Of a stretch of DNA of 64,000 nucleotides, positions 37,292 to 46,934 are shown in pieces; within the stretch, counting starts at the first letter, position 1; each line of letters opens with the position of its first letter. The stretch is taken from NCBI GenBank assembly GCA_965220745.1, contig CBDCQT010000010.1:448001-512000 (forward strand), given 5' to 3'. The position numbers were made by a program, and so were the translations under genes. Below the pieces are notes generated by a model. That model did not search any database. It saw only the letters and a list, made by a program, of their open reading frames with translations, and was not told the origin of the DNA. Origin of the DNA: Alphaproteobacteria bacterium. Lineage in GTDB: Bacteria; Pseudomonadota; Alphaproteobacteria; UBA828.

Positions 37292-38659
37292 CTAGTAGCG
37301 GTTCATGTCGGGGCGGCCGACGGTGTGCTGAGAGCCCGCGAGCGGCACCTGGGCCATGGCCGAGGCCTCCATGGTGAGCGCGGCGAGATCCTCCGGCTCC
37401 AGGCTGTGCACGTCGGTCTTGCCGCAGGCGCGCGCCATCATCTGGCATTCCAGCGTCAGCGTGTGCAGGAAGTTGTAGACCCGCTCCGCCGCCTCGTCAG
37501 GGTCGAGCCGCTTGCGCAGCTCCGGGTCCTGGGTGGCGACGCCCACGGGGCAGCGCCCGGTGTGGCAGTGGTAGCAATAGCCGGCCTCGACCCCGATCTC
37601 GGCCTCGAAGTCGGCCTCCGGGATGTCCTTGTTGCAGTTGAGCGCCATCATCACCGAATGGCCGATGGCGACCGCATCGGCGCCCAGGGCGAGCGCCTTG
37701 GCGATGTCGCCGCCGTTGCGCACGCCGCCGGCGTAGACGAGGCTGATGCTGCCGGAGGCGCCGAGGTCGTCCAACGCCTTGCGCGCCTGGCGGATCGCCG
37801 CGATACCGGGCACGCCGGTCTCCTCGGTCGCGAGATGCGGGCCGGCGCCGGTGGAGCCCTCCATGCCGTCGATATAGATGCTGTCCGGGCCGGTCTTGAT
37901 CGCCATGCGCACGTCGTCATAGACGCGGGCGGCGCCCAGCTTGAGCTGGATCGGGATCTCGGCGTTGGTGGCCTCGCGAATCTCGTTGATCTTGAGCGCG
38001 AGGTCGTCAGGCCCCAGCCAGTCGGGATGGCGCGCCGGCGAGCGCTGGTCGATGCCGGCCGGCAGCGAGCGCATCTCCGCCACCTGGTCGGTGACCTTCT
38101 GGCCCATCAGGTGGCCGCCGAGCCCCACCTTGCAGCCCTGGCCGATGAAGAACTCGCAGGCATCCGCGAGCCGCAGGTGGTGCGGGTTGAAGCCGTAGCG
38201 GGACTGGATGCACTGGTAGAGCCACTTCTCGGAGTAGCGGCGCTCGTCGGGGATCATGCCGCCTTCGCCGGAGCACGTGGCGGTGCCGGCCATGGTGGCG
38301 CCGCGCGCGAGCGCGGTTTTGGCCTCGTAGGAGAGCGCGCCGAAGCTCATGCCGGTGACGTAGACCGGGATGTCGAGTACCAGCGGCCGCTTGGCCTTGG
38401 GCCCGATCACCGTCGTGGTCGTGCACTTCTCGCGGTAGCCCTCGATGACGAAGCGCGTGAGCGTGCCCGGCAGGAAGGTGAGATCGTCGAAGGTCGGGAT
38501 ATTCTTGAAGAGCGAGAAGCCGCGCATCCGGTAGCGGCCGAGCTCCGCCTTGATGTGGATGTCGTCGATCACCTCCGGCGAGAAGATGCGGCTCCGCCCC
38601 AGGATGTGACGGTTGCGGCTGGGCCGGTTGGCGACGGCTTCGCGTCTGTCGCTGGCCAT
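37292..38659 (-). CDS. FMN-binding glutamate synthase family protein (MgsC/GlxD-like)
   Basis: GMSFGALS, GEGG, GQGCKVGLGGHL, SPARHPD, CHTGRCPVGVATQDP Fe-S motif. Confidence 0.9.
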   Translation of the reverse strand: MASDRREAVANRPSRNRHILGRSRIFSPEVIDDIHIKAELGRYRMRGFSLFKNIPTFDDLTFLPGTLTRFVIEGYREKCTTTTVIGPKAKRPLVLDIPVYVTGMSFGALSYEAKTALARGATMAGTATCSGEGGMIPDERRYSEKWLYQCIQSRYGFNPHHLRLADACEFFIGQGCKVGLGGHLMGQKVTDQVAEMRSLPAGIDQRSPARHPDWLGPDDLALKINEIREATNAEIPIQLKLGAARVYDDVRMAIKTGPDSIYIDGMEGSTGAGPHLATEETGVPGIAAIRQARKALDDLGASGSISLVYAGGVRNGGDIAKALALGADAVAIGHSVMMALNCNKDIPEADFEAEIGVEAGYCYHCHTGRCPVGVATQDPELRKRLDPDEAAERVYNFLHTLTLECQMMARACGKTDVHSLEPEDLAALTMEASAMAQVPLAGSQHTVGRPDMNRY

Positions 38660-38697
38660 GACGGGCTCCTTGCAGGGTAGCGAGAGGCTGCGCTCGG

Positions 38698-39549
38698 CTA
38701 GAGCGCGATCTTCTTCTCGGTCGGCTCGAGGTTGTCGTAGTTCCAAAGCTGCTTGCCGGCGACGATCTTGGTCAGGTTCGCGACGCTGTTGGGCGCCTCC
38801 AGGCCGTAGGTCGCGAGCTTGTTTTCGAGCCAGCGCGCTTCGACGTCGGTCATCTCGCCGGGGACGGCATCGACACCGAGGGAGGCGATGGTGCCGCCGA
38901 CGAAGATCGTGCCGTCATAAAGCGAATCGCCGAGGTTGATACCGGCGTCACCGAGAATGACGATGCGCCCGCGCTGCATCATGAAGCCGGTGAACGCGCC
39001 GGCGCGGCCGCCGATGATGATGGTGCCGCCCTTCATGTCGATGCCGGTGCGCGAGCCCACGTCGCCCTTGCAGACGAGATCGCCGCCCCTGAGCGCTGCG
39101 CCGAAGGTGGAGCCTGCGTTCTTCTCGATCACCACGACGCCCGCCATCATGTTCTCGGCGCAGGACCAGCCGACGCGGCCCTTGATGTGAATGTTCGGGC
39201 CATCGACCAGGCCGCAGCCGAAGTAACCGAGGCTGCCCTCGAAATCGAGCTTGAGGCGATTGAGGATGCCGACGCCGAGGGAGTGCTTGGCGAGCGGATT
39301 CTGGACCACGATGTGGCCGTAGCCCTCGCCCATCAGCTCACGGATGCGGAGGTTGACCTCGGGCCCGTCCATCTCGGCTGCGTCGATCGTCGCCTTCTTG
39401 GTGAAATCGACATCGAAGCCCTCGGGATAGGTGTAGTTGTCGCCCTCCTCGGGATAGAAGAAGACCTGCTGGGTGCGGCCGGCGAGCTGCTCCGCGTGCA
39501 GCCCCATGTCATGGGATTTGTGCCGGTCGTCGGGGCTCAGTTCTGCCAT
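38698..39549 (-). CDS. GXGXG-domain protein (MgsB/GlxC-like)
   Basis: Repeated G-x-x-G beta-helix motifs (GSLGYFGCG, GIDMKGGTIIIGG, GFMMQRG, GDSLYDG). Confidence 0.88.
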   Translation of the reverse strand: MAELSPDDRHKSHDMGLHAEQLAGRTQQVFFYPEEGDNYTYPEGFDVDFTKKATIDAAEMDGPEVNLRIRELMGEGYGHIVVQNPLAKHSLGVGILNRLKLDFEGSLGYFGCGLVDGPNIHIKGRVGWSCAENMMAGVVVIEKNAGSTFGAALRGGDLVCKGDVGSRTGIDMKGGTIIIGGRAGAFTGFMMQRGRIVILGDAGINLGDSLYDGTIFVGGTIASLGVDAVPGEMTDVEARWLENKLATYGLEAPNSVANLTKIVAGKQLWNYDNLEPTEKKIAL

Positions 39550-40493
39550 ACCTTGACCTCCCCTTCGTAGGGATCCCAGGTGTCGATCTCGTCCGGCATG
39601 ATGCCGCGGATCGCGACCTCCTCGGAGGCGAGGCCGACGAAATCGTCGCTCTCGTAGAGCACCATGGGCTTGGCGGCCATGGTGTCCTTGGCCATGCCCA
39701 GGCTGTCCGCCGTCGCCACCAGATAGGTGAAGACGCCGTCGAGCTCGCCCACCGAGCGGTCCATCGCCTCCTTGAGCGTGTCGCCCCGTTCGATGCGGTC
39801 CGCCAGATAGACGGCGATCAGCTCGGAATCGCAGTTGGACATGAAGCGATGGCCCCGGTGCTCCAGCGCCCGGCGGAACTTCCAGTAGTTGGTGAGCTGG
39901 CCGTTGTGGACCACCGAGATGTCGTTGAAGGGATAGGCCCAGTAGGGGTGGGCCGAGCGGATATCGACGTCCGATTCCGTGGCCATCCGGGTGTGGCCGA
40001 TGGCGTGGGTGCCCTGGAAGCCGGCGAGGTCGTACTGCTCGCTCACGATGCCGGCGTCGCCGAGATCCTTGATCAGCTCCAGCGCGCGGCCGAGGGATAG
40101 AATCTCCGCGCCTTCGACATCCTCGATGTAGTCGGCGAAGCGCTTGAGCCGCTGCTGGCCGCCATCGTCATCGGCGGGGAAGCGCAGGCGATAGCGGTAC
40201 GCGTACTCGGTCGCCTGTTCCTCGCTGACGATCTCCACATCCATGCTGCGGATGCGCTTGTCCACCTCGGCCTTGCGGTCCTTGATCTGCTGGTGGATTT
40301 CGAAGCCTTTGCCGATGTCCTCCTGCTCCGCCACCTTGAAGCGCATCACGTGGTCGCTCTCGACCGGGATGCCGTAGATGGCGAAGCCGGTGGAATCCGG
40401 CCCGCGGTGTTTGAGCGCCTGGAGCATCGTGGTCATCTCCGCCCCGATGTCGCCGCTCGATCCGCGATGGATCAGTCCTGCTATCCCGCACAT
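39537..40493 (-). CDS. Class II glutamine amidotransferase (MgsA/GlxB-like)
   Basis: MCGIAG N-terminal nucleophile, RGPDSTG, GHTRMATES, AHP, VHNGQLTN, CDSE. Confidence 0.9.
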   Translation of the reverse strand: MCGIAGLIHRGSSGDIGAEMTTMLQALKHRGPDSTGFAIYGIPVESDHVMRFKVAEQEDIGKGFEIHQQIKDRKAEVDKRIRSMDVEIVSEEQATEYAYRYRLRFPADDDGGQQRLKRFADYIEDVEGAEILSLGRALELIKDLGDAGIVSEQYDLAGFQGTHAIGHTRMATESDVDIRSAHPYWAYPFNDISVVHNGQLTNYWKFRRALEHRGHRFMSNCDSELIAVYLADRIERGDTLKEAMDRSVGELDGVFTYLVATADSLGMAKDTMAAKPMVLYESDDFVGLASEEVAIRGIMPDEIDTWDPYEGEVKVWQN

Positions 40494-40526
40494 GGGCGCC
40501 TCGTCTTATCCGTTGGTTAGGGCAGG

Positions 40527-41996
40527 CTACGGCAGGCAGTCGAGATAGGTCTCGACGTCCCACTCGGTGACCGTGGACATGAAGCGCTCCCACTCGTCGC
40601 GCTTGTAGTGCATGAAGACCTTGAGCATCTCGTCCGGCATCGCGGCCTTGATCACCTCGTCGCGCTCCAGCGCATCGAGCGCCTCGCCGAGCGACATCGG
40701 CAGCTTCTTCACCAGCTTGCCGGCCTCCATGGCCTGGTAAATGTTGCGCTCCTCCGGCTCGCCGGGGTCCAGATCGCGCGCGATGCCGTCGTCGAAGGCC
40801 TTGATGATGGCGCCGGCCATCAGGTACGGGTTGACCATCGAATCGACCGAGCGGTACTCGAAGCGACCCGGTGCCGAAACCCGCAGGCCGCAGGTCCGGT
40901 TCTGATAGCCCCAGTCGGCGAAGACCGGCGCCCAGAAGCCGGTGTCCCAGAGACGCCGATACGAGTTCACCGTCGAAGAGCCGAGCGCGGTGAGCGCCGC
41001 AAGGTGCTCCATCACGCCGCCGATGCACTTGAGGCCGACCGGGCCGGGCTTGTGGTCGTCGATCGACGGGTCCGGCATGAACAGGTTCTCGCCGCCCTTC
41101 CAGTAGCTGAAGGTGTCTTCCAGGCCGGGCATCGGGTCCTGGTGCAGCGCGTTGACCCGTTGCTCGCCGCCGGTCCAGAGCGAGACGTTGTGATGGCAGC
41201 CGCTCGCCGAGACCCCCATGAAGGGCTTCGACATGAAGCAGGCGATGACGCCGTGCTCGCGGGCGACCTGGGCGCAGATCTGGCGGTAGGTGGTGAGCCG
41301 GTCGGCGGTACGGAGCGCATCGTCGAAGGTGAAGTTGAGCTCAAGCTGGCCGGGGGCGTCCTCGTGGTCGCCCTGGATCATGTCGAGTCCCATGGCCTGG
41401 CCGTACTCGATCACCTGCATGAAGATCGGCCGGAGCTCCTCGAACTGGTCGATGTGATAGCAGTTGGGCTTGGTGACACCGCCGTCGGTCCCGCCGTCCG
41501 CGCCGCGCTTGAGCCACATCATCTCGGGCTCGGTGCCGTGGCGCATTTGCATCCCGTGCTTGGCCTGGAACTCGTCGTGGATGATCCGCAGGTTGCCGCG
41601 GCAGTCCGAGGTCAGGTGGCCGCCGGGGTTCTCGCGCTCTTCCCGGTTGCGGAAGCAGGTGCAGAAGACGCGGGCAACGCGCTTGTCCCAGGGCAGCTGG
41701 ACGAAGGTCTCGGGGTCGGGGATGCCGACCAATTCAGACGCTTCCGGCCCGTAGCCGATGTAGTTGGAGTGGCGGTCGGTGAAGAGATTCGCGGTCGAGC
41801 CGTAGACCAGCTGGAAGCCGCGTTCGGCGATCTGCTCCCAGTGATCGGCGGGCATGCCCTTGCCGACGATCCGGCCCGTGACGGAGACGAACTGGTAGTA
41901 GATGTAGGTGACACCGAGCTCCTCGATCTTGGCGCGTACCTGCCGCACCAGTTCGTCGCGGCCTTCCCTGTTCACATGGGCTTCAAGATCGGTCAT
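40527..41996 (-). CDS. Glutamine synthetase-like gamma-glutamylamide synthetase (GmaS-like)
   Basis: GTEPE, DHEDAPGQLE, FMSKP, SGCHHNVS, TVNSYRRL, WGYQNRT, RFEYR, NPYL; next to mgsABC-like genes. Confidence 0.85.
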   Translation of the reverse strand: MTDLEAHVNREGRDELVRQVRAKIEELGVTYIYYQFVSVTGRIVGKGMPADHWEQIAERGFQLVYGSTANLFTDRHSNYIGYGPEASELVGIPDPETFVQLPWDKRVARVFCTCFRNREERENPGGHLTSDCRGNLRIIHDEFQAKHGMQMRHGTEPEMMWLKRGADGGTDGGVTKPNCYHIDQFEELRPIFMQVIEYGQAMGLDMIQGDHEDAPGQLELNFTFDDALRTADRLTTYRQICAQVAREHGVIACFMSKPFMGVSASGCHHNVSLWTGGEQRVNALHQDPMPGLEDTFSYWKGGENLFMPDPSIDDHKPGPVGLKCIGGVMEHLAALTALGSSTVNSYRRLWDTGFWAPVFADWGYQNRTCGLRVSAPGRFEYRSVDSMVNPYLMAGAIIKAFDDGIARDLDPGEPEERNIYQAMEAGKLVKKLPMSLGEALDALERDEVIKAAMPDEMLKVFMHYKRDEWERFMSTVTEWDVETYLDCLP

Positions 41997-42030
41997 CTCC
42001 GCATCCTCCCAGACGATCCGGCTGGTCCCG

Positions 42031-43374
42031 TCAGCTCCACGGGAAGGGGCTGTTCGAGACCGGGTGAAGGCGGCCCTCCGCAAAGCGCGAGAAGCGGAAA
42101 GGCTCGAGCAGGGCGCTTTCGCGGCCCATCAGCTCGTCGGCGACCAGCTTGCCGACGGCCATCATCTTGTAACCGTGGTTCGAATCGGCGATCACGTAGC
42201 AGTTCTCGCGGAAGCGATCGAACACGGGAAAATTGTCGGCGGCGAACGCGCCGATGCCGCCGGAGGGCTCATCGAGCCAGTGCCCGATCTGGCCCTTGTA
42301 GCGGCTCTGGCAGTGGGCGAGCGCCGAGCACCACATCTCCCTGAATGCCTCGTCGACCACGAATTCCGGCGACTCCGGTCCGTAGGGGTCGATCGCCACC
42401 TCGGGCACCGCAGTCTTCACCTTGTAAGGCGTGGCGCCGCCCTGGACGCCGCCGAAGTTGAAGTCCGGCTTGTAGTAGATGCCCCACATCTCGTCGGTGA
42501 TCAGCTTGCCGTCCACGTCGGAGTAGAGCGGCTCGTCGGAATCGACGTGAATGACCGGCGGCATGGAGCCGTCGTCCGCCATGCCGTAGGAGGGCTCGAC
42601 CGCGATCGTTCCTTCCTGCAGGCACCAGAAGCGCCACATGTCCACATCGCGGTGCAGGGTGCCTTCCAGGTCCTTGACGTCGATCCGTTCCGGCAGGTCG
42701 AGCATCTCCCAGATTCGCGGCACCCAGGGCCCGACCGCGACGATGACCTGGTCGACGTCGATGGAGCCCTGGTCGGTCTCGACCGAGGTCACCGCCTTGG
42801 AGTTGGCGCCGAAGCCGAAGCCCTTGACCTCGACCCCGGTAAGGATGCGCACGCCGGCGCCCCTCGCCTTGTCCGCGAGCCCCAGCATCGAGGCCTTGTT
42901 GTGGGCGTAGCCGCCCCTCTTCTCGTGCAGGACGGAGGTGATGCCGGGCGCCTGCCAGTCGTCGAACAGACCCCGCATGTAGCGTGTACAGTCGGCCTCG
43001 CCCTCGATGAACTCGGATTCGTAGCCGATCGCCCGCTGCTGCGCGGCGATCTCGGCAACGTCCGCATGCATGCTCTCGGGGCTGATCTGCATGTAGCCAA
43101 CGGAATGGTAGTGGTAGGCCTCGGGATCGCTCTCCCACTCCTCCACGCAGGCCGCCATCAGCTCGCGCATGGCCGGCTGATAGTAGTTGTTGCGGACGAC
43201 GCCGCAGGCGATGCCGGAGGCTCCGGCGGCGATGTCGGTCTTGTCCACCACCAAGATGTCTGCGGCGGCGCCGTTGCCCTTTGCCTTGAGCGAGGAGGCG
43301 AGGTGATAGGCGGTACTGAGGCCGTGGATTCCGGCCCCGATGATCAGATACTTGACGTGCCGCGGAAGCGTCAT
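42031..43374 (-). CDS. FAD-dependent amine oxidoreductase (DAO/SoxB/MgdA-like)
   Basis: IIGAGIHG dinucleotide-binding motif, GASGIACG, HGYKMM..GKLVA. Confidence 0.85.
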   Translation of the reverse strand: MTLPRHVKYLIIGAGIHGLSTAYHLASSLKAKGNGAAADILVVDKTDIAAGASGIACGVVRNNYYQPAMRELMAACVEEWESDPEAYHYHSVGYMQISPESMHADVAEIAAQQRAIGYESEFIEGEADCTRYMRGLFDDWQAPGITSVLHEKRGGYAHNKASMLGLADKARGAGVRILTGVEVKGFGFGANSKAVTSVETDQGSIDVDQVIVAVGPWVPRIWEMLDLPERIDVKDLEGTLHRDVDMWRFWCLQEGTIAVEPSYGMADDGSMPPVIHVDSDEPLYSDVDGKLITDEMWGIYYKPDFNFGGVQGGATPYKVKTAVPEVAIDPYGPESPEFVVDEAFREMWCSALAHCQSRYKGQIGHWLDEPSGGIGAFAADNFPVFDRFRENCYVIADSNHGYKMMAVGKLVADELMGRESALLEPFRFSRFAEGRLHPVSNSPFPWS

Positions 43375-43447
43375 GCGTTCCTCTCCCCGACCTTGATCGG
43401 CCGATGTTCGGGGGCGGACTCAAGCCCCCGCCCCAAGATTTGTCAAG

Positions 43448-43487
43448 CCAATTGTCGCCCAATCGGCGGGACCAATTGTGAACCAAT
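43448..43487. promoter_or_regulatory. Two candidate FadR/GntR operators
   Basis: CCAATTGT-N3-CCAAT twice, 24 bp apart, each containing ATTG-N5-CAAT; adjacent to a minus-strand TTGACA (43441-43446). Confidence 0.5.
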
Positions 43488-43629
43488 ATGAATGAATGGT
43501 TGAACGTCACGTCAAAATTGATTAAAGCAAAGAAGCCCGCATGCGGCCTGCGTCGTGGCGTAAGACGTTTTGGGAGGCGATTGGGTCACGGGCCGGCGGG
43601 CGGCGCGCAACAGGAAATGGGCTGGCGCC

Positions 43630-44349
43630 ATGGAGATCGAAGGCACACAGGTCGGCAACCAGAACGGCGGAATTCCAAGGCCGGCCGATTCGGCGGCCGA
43701 TGTGATCGCGGCGCAGCTTGCCCGACGCATTCTCGACGGGTCGCTCGCGATGGGCGACCGATTGCCGCCGGAACGCAGCCTCGCCGAGTCGTTTTCGGCC
43801 TCGCGCGGCACGGTGCGTGAGGCCCTGCGCTCGTTATCGGCGCGCGGGCTGGTGGCACGCCGGGTGGGCAGCGGCACATTCGTCATCTACGAGCCCGACG
43901 CGGGCGAGACCGACGTCTCCGAAATTACCTCGCCGCTGGAACTGGTCGAGGTCCGCGCCGCCATCGAGCCGCAGATGGCCCGGCTCGCGGTGCGCAACGC
44001 CACGGCGCGCGACATGGCCGCGCTGCAGCGCGCGGTCGCCGAGATGGAAGGGGTGGAAGACGCCGAGAGCTTCTCGCTCGCCGACGAAATGTTCCACCTG
44101 AGGCTCGCAGAGGCGACCCACAATCCCCTGATCGTCGAGATCTACCACCGCATCAACCACGTCCGCGCCCACCAGCAATGGGACTCCATCAAGAACAAAA
44201 TTCTGACGCCGGAGCAGATCACCGCCTACAACGCGGAGCACCGCGCGCTGCTCGCGGCGCTCTCCCGCCGCGATGCGGAGCGCGCCGTGGAAGTGCTCTC
44301 CGCCCACATGGACCGCGCCCGCGCCGACCTGCTGGCCAGCGCCGGCTGA
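43630..44349 (+). CDS. GntR/FadR-family transcriptional regulator
   Basis: GDRLPPERSLAESFSASRGTVREAL wHTH; FCD domain (DEMFH..LAEATHNP, EH, HM). Confidence 0.93.
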   Translation: MEIEGTQVGNQNGGIPRPADSAADVIAAQLARRILDGSLAMGDRLPPERSLAESFSASRGTVREALRSLSARGLVARRVGSGTFVIYEPDAGETDVSEITSPLELVEVRAAIEPQMARLAVRNATARDMAALQRAVAEMEGVEDAESFSLADEMFHLRLAEATHNPLIVEIYHRINHVRAHQQWDSIKNKILTPEQITAYNAEHRALLAALSRRDAERAVEVLSAHMDRARADLLASAG

Positions 44350-44552
44350 GACGCTCCCCCTGCGGCGGCCGTCGCCGCCGCTTATCTCTGCGGGCGATTT
44401 CGGGATGAGACGCCGCTCCGATTGTGTTTAGATTGACGGGATCGTCGCCTCTGCGATCGTGTAGAGAGCGGCTGGCGCGTCACGACCATTAGTTGCCGCC
44501 TTCACGGGGCTGGACGCGGGCCCCATCGCGCGGCGCCACAGAGGAGAAGACT

Positions 44553-45746
44553 ATGAACGAGGACAAACTTCTCAAGCAGATGGTGAAGCGCGACCCGGTG
44601 CGCGGCGCGGCCGCCACCCGGCGCCAGGTGCTTCAAGGGATCGGTGCAGGCGCGTTGGCGCTGGGAGCGGGCGGCGCCCTCGCGGGCCGGGCCCGTGCCG
44701 CTGACGAACTGACGATGCTGACGTGGGACGGCTACGTGGACCCGCGCGTGCTCGACGGCTTCACCGATCAGTACGACACGGGGATCAAGTACGAGCTGCA
44801 CACGTCGGACCCGGATTCGGTCAACAAGCTCCGCGCCGGCGAGACCGCCATCTGGGACATCATCAACCTGAACAATCCCTGGGCGCGTGAGATGATGTGG
44901 CCGGAGGGGCTGATCGTCGAGCTCGACCGGGCCCGCTTCGAGCCCTACTTCGAGCAGATGCTGCCGATGTTCCATCCGCCCTACAAGTGGGCGATGAGCC
45001 TCGACAACGAGCACCTGCTGGGGGTCTGCCAGCGGGTGGATACCTTCGACTTCGTGGTCAACACCGATGTCATCTCGGCCGAAATGGCGAAGGACGAAGG
45101 CTGGGATCTGTTCAACAATCCCGACATGGCCGGCCGCTACGGCATTCTTGCCTACGACAACTGGAACATCATGCACATCTGCATGGCCGCCGGCCTGCAC
45201 CCGTTCAAGATGAAGTCCGACGACGAGGTCGCCACCTTCGAGGAGACGGCGCGGCGGCTCATCAACGGCGCGAAGATGGTCTCGGACGACTTCGTCGCCG
45301 TGAACCTCGCCGTGATCAACGACGAGATCGACATGTACTTCGGCGGCGGCACGTACTCGATCTCGGCGGCGCGTCTCGACGGGCTCACCAACCTCTATCA
45401 CGTGGTGCCGAGGAGCGGGCCTGCCGACGGCAAGGGCGGGATCAACTGGATCGAGCTCAGCTCGGTGGTCAACAATCCCGATCTCCACCCGAAGGCCTTC
45501 GACTGGATGGAATACATCCTCCAGCCCGATACCTCTTACGCCGTGGCGACCGCCGGCGGCTTCCTGCTCCCGGTGGGGCAGATGTCGCAGCCCGAGCTGC
45601 TCGCCAAGTTCACGGCGGAAGAGCTCGACTCCTTCCAGTGGGACGAGTTCGACTACCGCATCTCGCACTCCGTCGAGTACGACGTGGTGCCGGACTACAA
45701 CCGGCTCTACGACATCTACACGGCGGCGCGGCGCGAGAAGTCCTAA
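44553..45746 (+). CDS. PotD/PotF-type ABC substrate-binding protein, Tat-exported
   Basis: GAGGAG RBS, TRRQVL twin-arginine signal, LTWDGY, precedes PotABC-like genes. Confidence 0.85.
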   Translation: MNEDKLLKQMVKRDPVRGAAATRRQVLQGIGAGALALGAGGALAGRARAADELTMLTWDGYVDPRVLDGFTDQYDTGIKYELHTSDPDSVNKLRAGETAIWDIINLNNPWAREMMWPEGLIVELDRARFEPYFEQMLPMFHPPYKWAMSLDNEHLLGVCQRVDTFDFVVNTDVISAEMAKDEGWDLFNNPDMAGRYGILAYDNWNIMHICMAAGLHPFKMKSDDEVATFEETARRLINGAKMVSDDFVAVNLAVINDEIDMYFGGGTYSISAARLDGLTNLYHVVPRSGPADGKGGINWIELSSVVNNPDLHPKAFDWMEYILQPDTSYAVATAGGFLLPVGQMSQPELLAKFTAEELDSFQWDEFDYRISHSVEYDVVPDYNRLYDIYTAARREKS

Positions 45747-45763
45747 GCCCGGCCGGCAGCGAT

Positions 45764-45793
45764 GGGGGCGCGCGGCAGCTACCGCGCGCCCCC
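45764..45793 (+). promoter_or_regulatory. Intercistronic stem-loop after the binding-protein gene
   Basis: Perfect 12-bp stem GGGGGCGCGCGG/CCGCGCGCCCCC with a 6-nt loop. Confidence 0.6.
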
Positions 45794-45863
45794 GCTTTGA
45801 TCGCACGCCCGGCCGGTCCCGGCCGGGCGGCGCATTTGCGGAGAGAGGATCGAGACGAGCGCC

Positions 45864-46934
45864 ATGGTGGATGCCGCGCCCATCCTGCGCATGGTCAGCC
45901 TGACCAAGCAGTTCGGCCGACTGGTCGCCGTGAACGACGTCACCCTCGATATCCAGGAGGGCGAGTTCTTCACCATCGTCGGCCCCTCCGGCAGCGGCAA
46001 AACCACGCTGCTCCGCATGCTGGGTGGGCTGGAGAAGCCGACCGCGGGCGACATCTACTTGCGCGACGAGCGGGTCAACCAAGTGCCCGCGAACCGGCGG
46101 CCGACCTGCATGGTCTTCCAGTCGCTTGCGCTCTTCAATCACAAGACGGTCGGCCAGAACATCGAATTCTCGCTGAAGATGCGGGGCGAGAGCCGCCGCG
46201 CCCGCCGCGAGCGCGGCCTCTCGCTCATGAACGTGGTGCAGCTGCCAGAGGACTACTACGACAAGTCCGTGACCAAGTGCTCGGGCGGTGAGCGCCAGCG
46301 CGTGGCGCTGGCCCGCGCCCTTGCCTCCGATCCGGACATCCTGTTCTTCGACGAGCCGCTATCCGCCATCGACTATCGGCTGCGCAAGCTGCTGGAGGTC
46401 GAGCTCAAGGACCTGCACCGCACCACCGGCAAGACCTTCGTCTACATCACCCACAGCCTCGAAGAGGCGATGGTGATGAGCGACCGCATCGGGATCATGC
46501 AGGAGGGACGCCTGATCCAAATCGGCTCGCCCAACGAAATCTATCTGCGCCCGCGCAACAAGTTCGTCTCCGAATTCATGGGGGAGGTAAACACGCTCGC
46601 GGTGCAGGCCGGCGCGGACGGCGGCATCGACTGCCCCGCCTTCCAGCGCCGCTTCACCAGCCCGACCCGGCGGCCGGACGGCTTCTCCCACGGCTATCTC
46701 GTGATCCGGCCCGAATCGATGCGCTTCCTCAACGACCCCTCCGAGGCCGAGAACCATCTGGAGGGCTCGCTCTTCAACGAGTACGCGCTGGGCTCCCGGG
46801 TGCAGTACCACGTGAGCGCCGGCGGCTCGATGTTCGTCGTCGAGAAACTGCGCGAGCAGGCCTATCGGGGTTCGCTCAACGACGACGTGCTAATCGGCTG
46901 GGACGCCAAAGACAGCGTGCTCGTGACCGACTGA
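45864..46934 (+). CDS. PotA-type ABC ATP-binding protein
   Basis: GPSGSGKTT, VFQSLALF, SGGERQRVALARAL, FFDEP, ITH, TOBE-like tail. Confidence 0.93.
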   Translation: MVDAAPILRMVSLTKQFGRLVAVNDVTLDIQEGEFFTIVGPSGSGKTTLLRMLGGLEKPTAGDIYLRDERVNQVPANRRPTCMVFQSLALFNHKTVGQNIEFSLKMRGESRRARRERGLSLMNVVQLPEDYYDKSVTKCSGGERQRVALARALASDPDILFFDEPLSAIDYRLRKLLEVELKDLHRTTGKTFVYITHSLEEAMVMSDRIGIMQEGRLIQIGSPNEIYLRPRNKFVSEFMGEVNTLAVQAGADGGIDCPAFQRRFTSPTRRPDGFSHGYLVIRPESMRFLNDPSEAENHLEGSLFNEYALGSRVQYHVSAGGSMFVVEKLREQAYRGSLNDDVLIGWDAKDSVLVTD

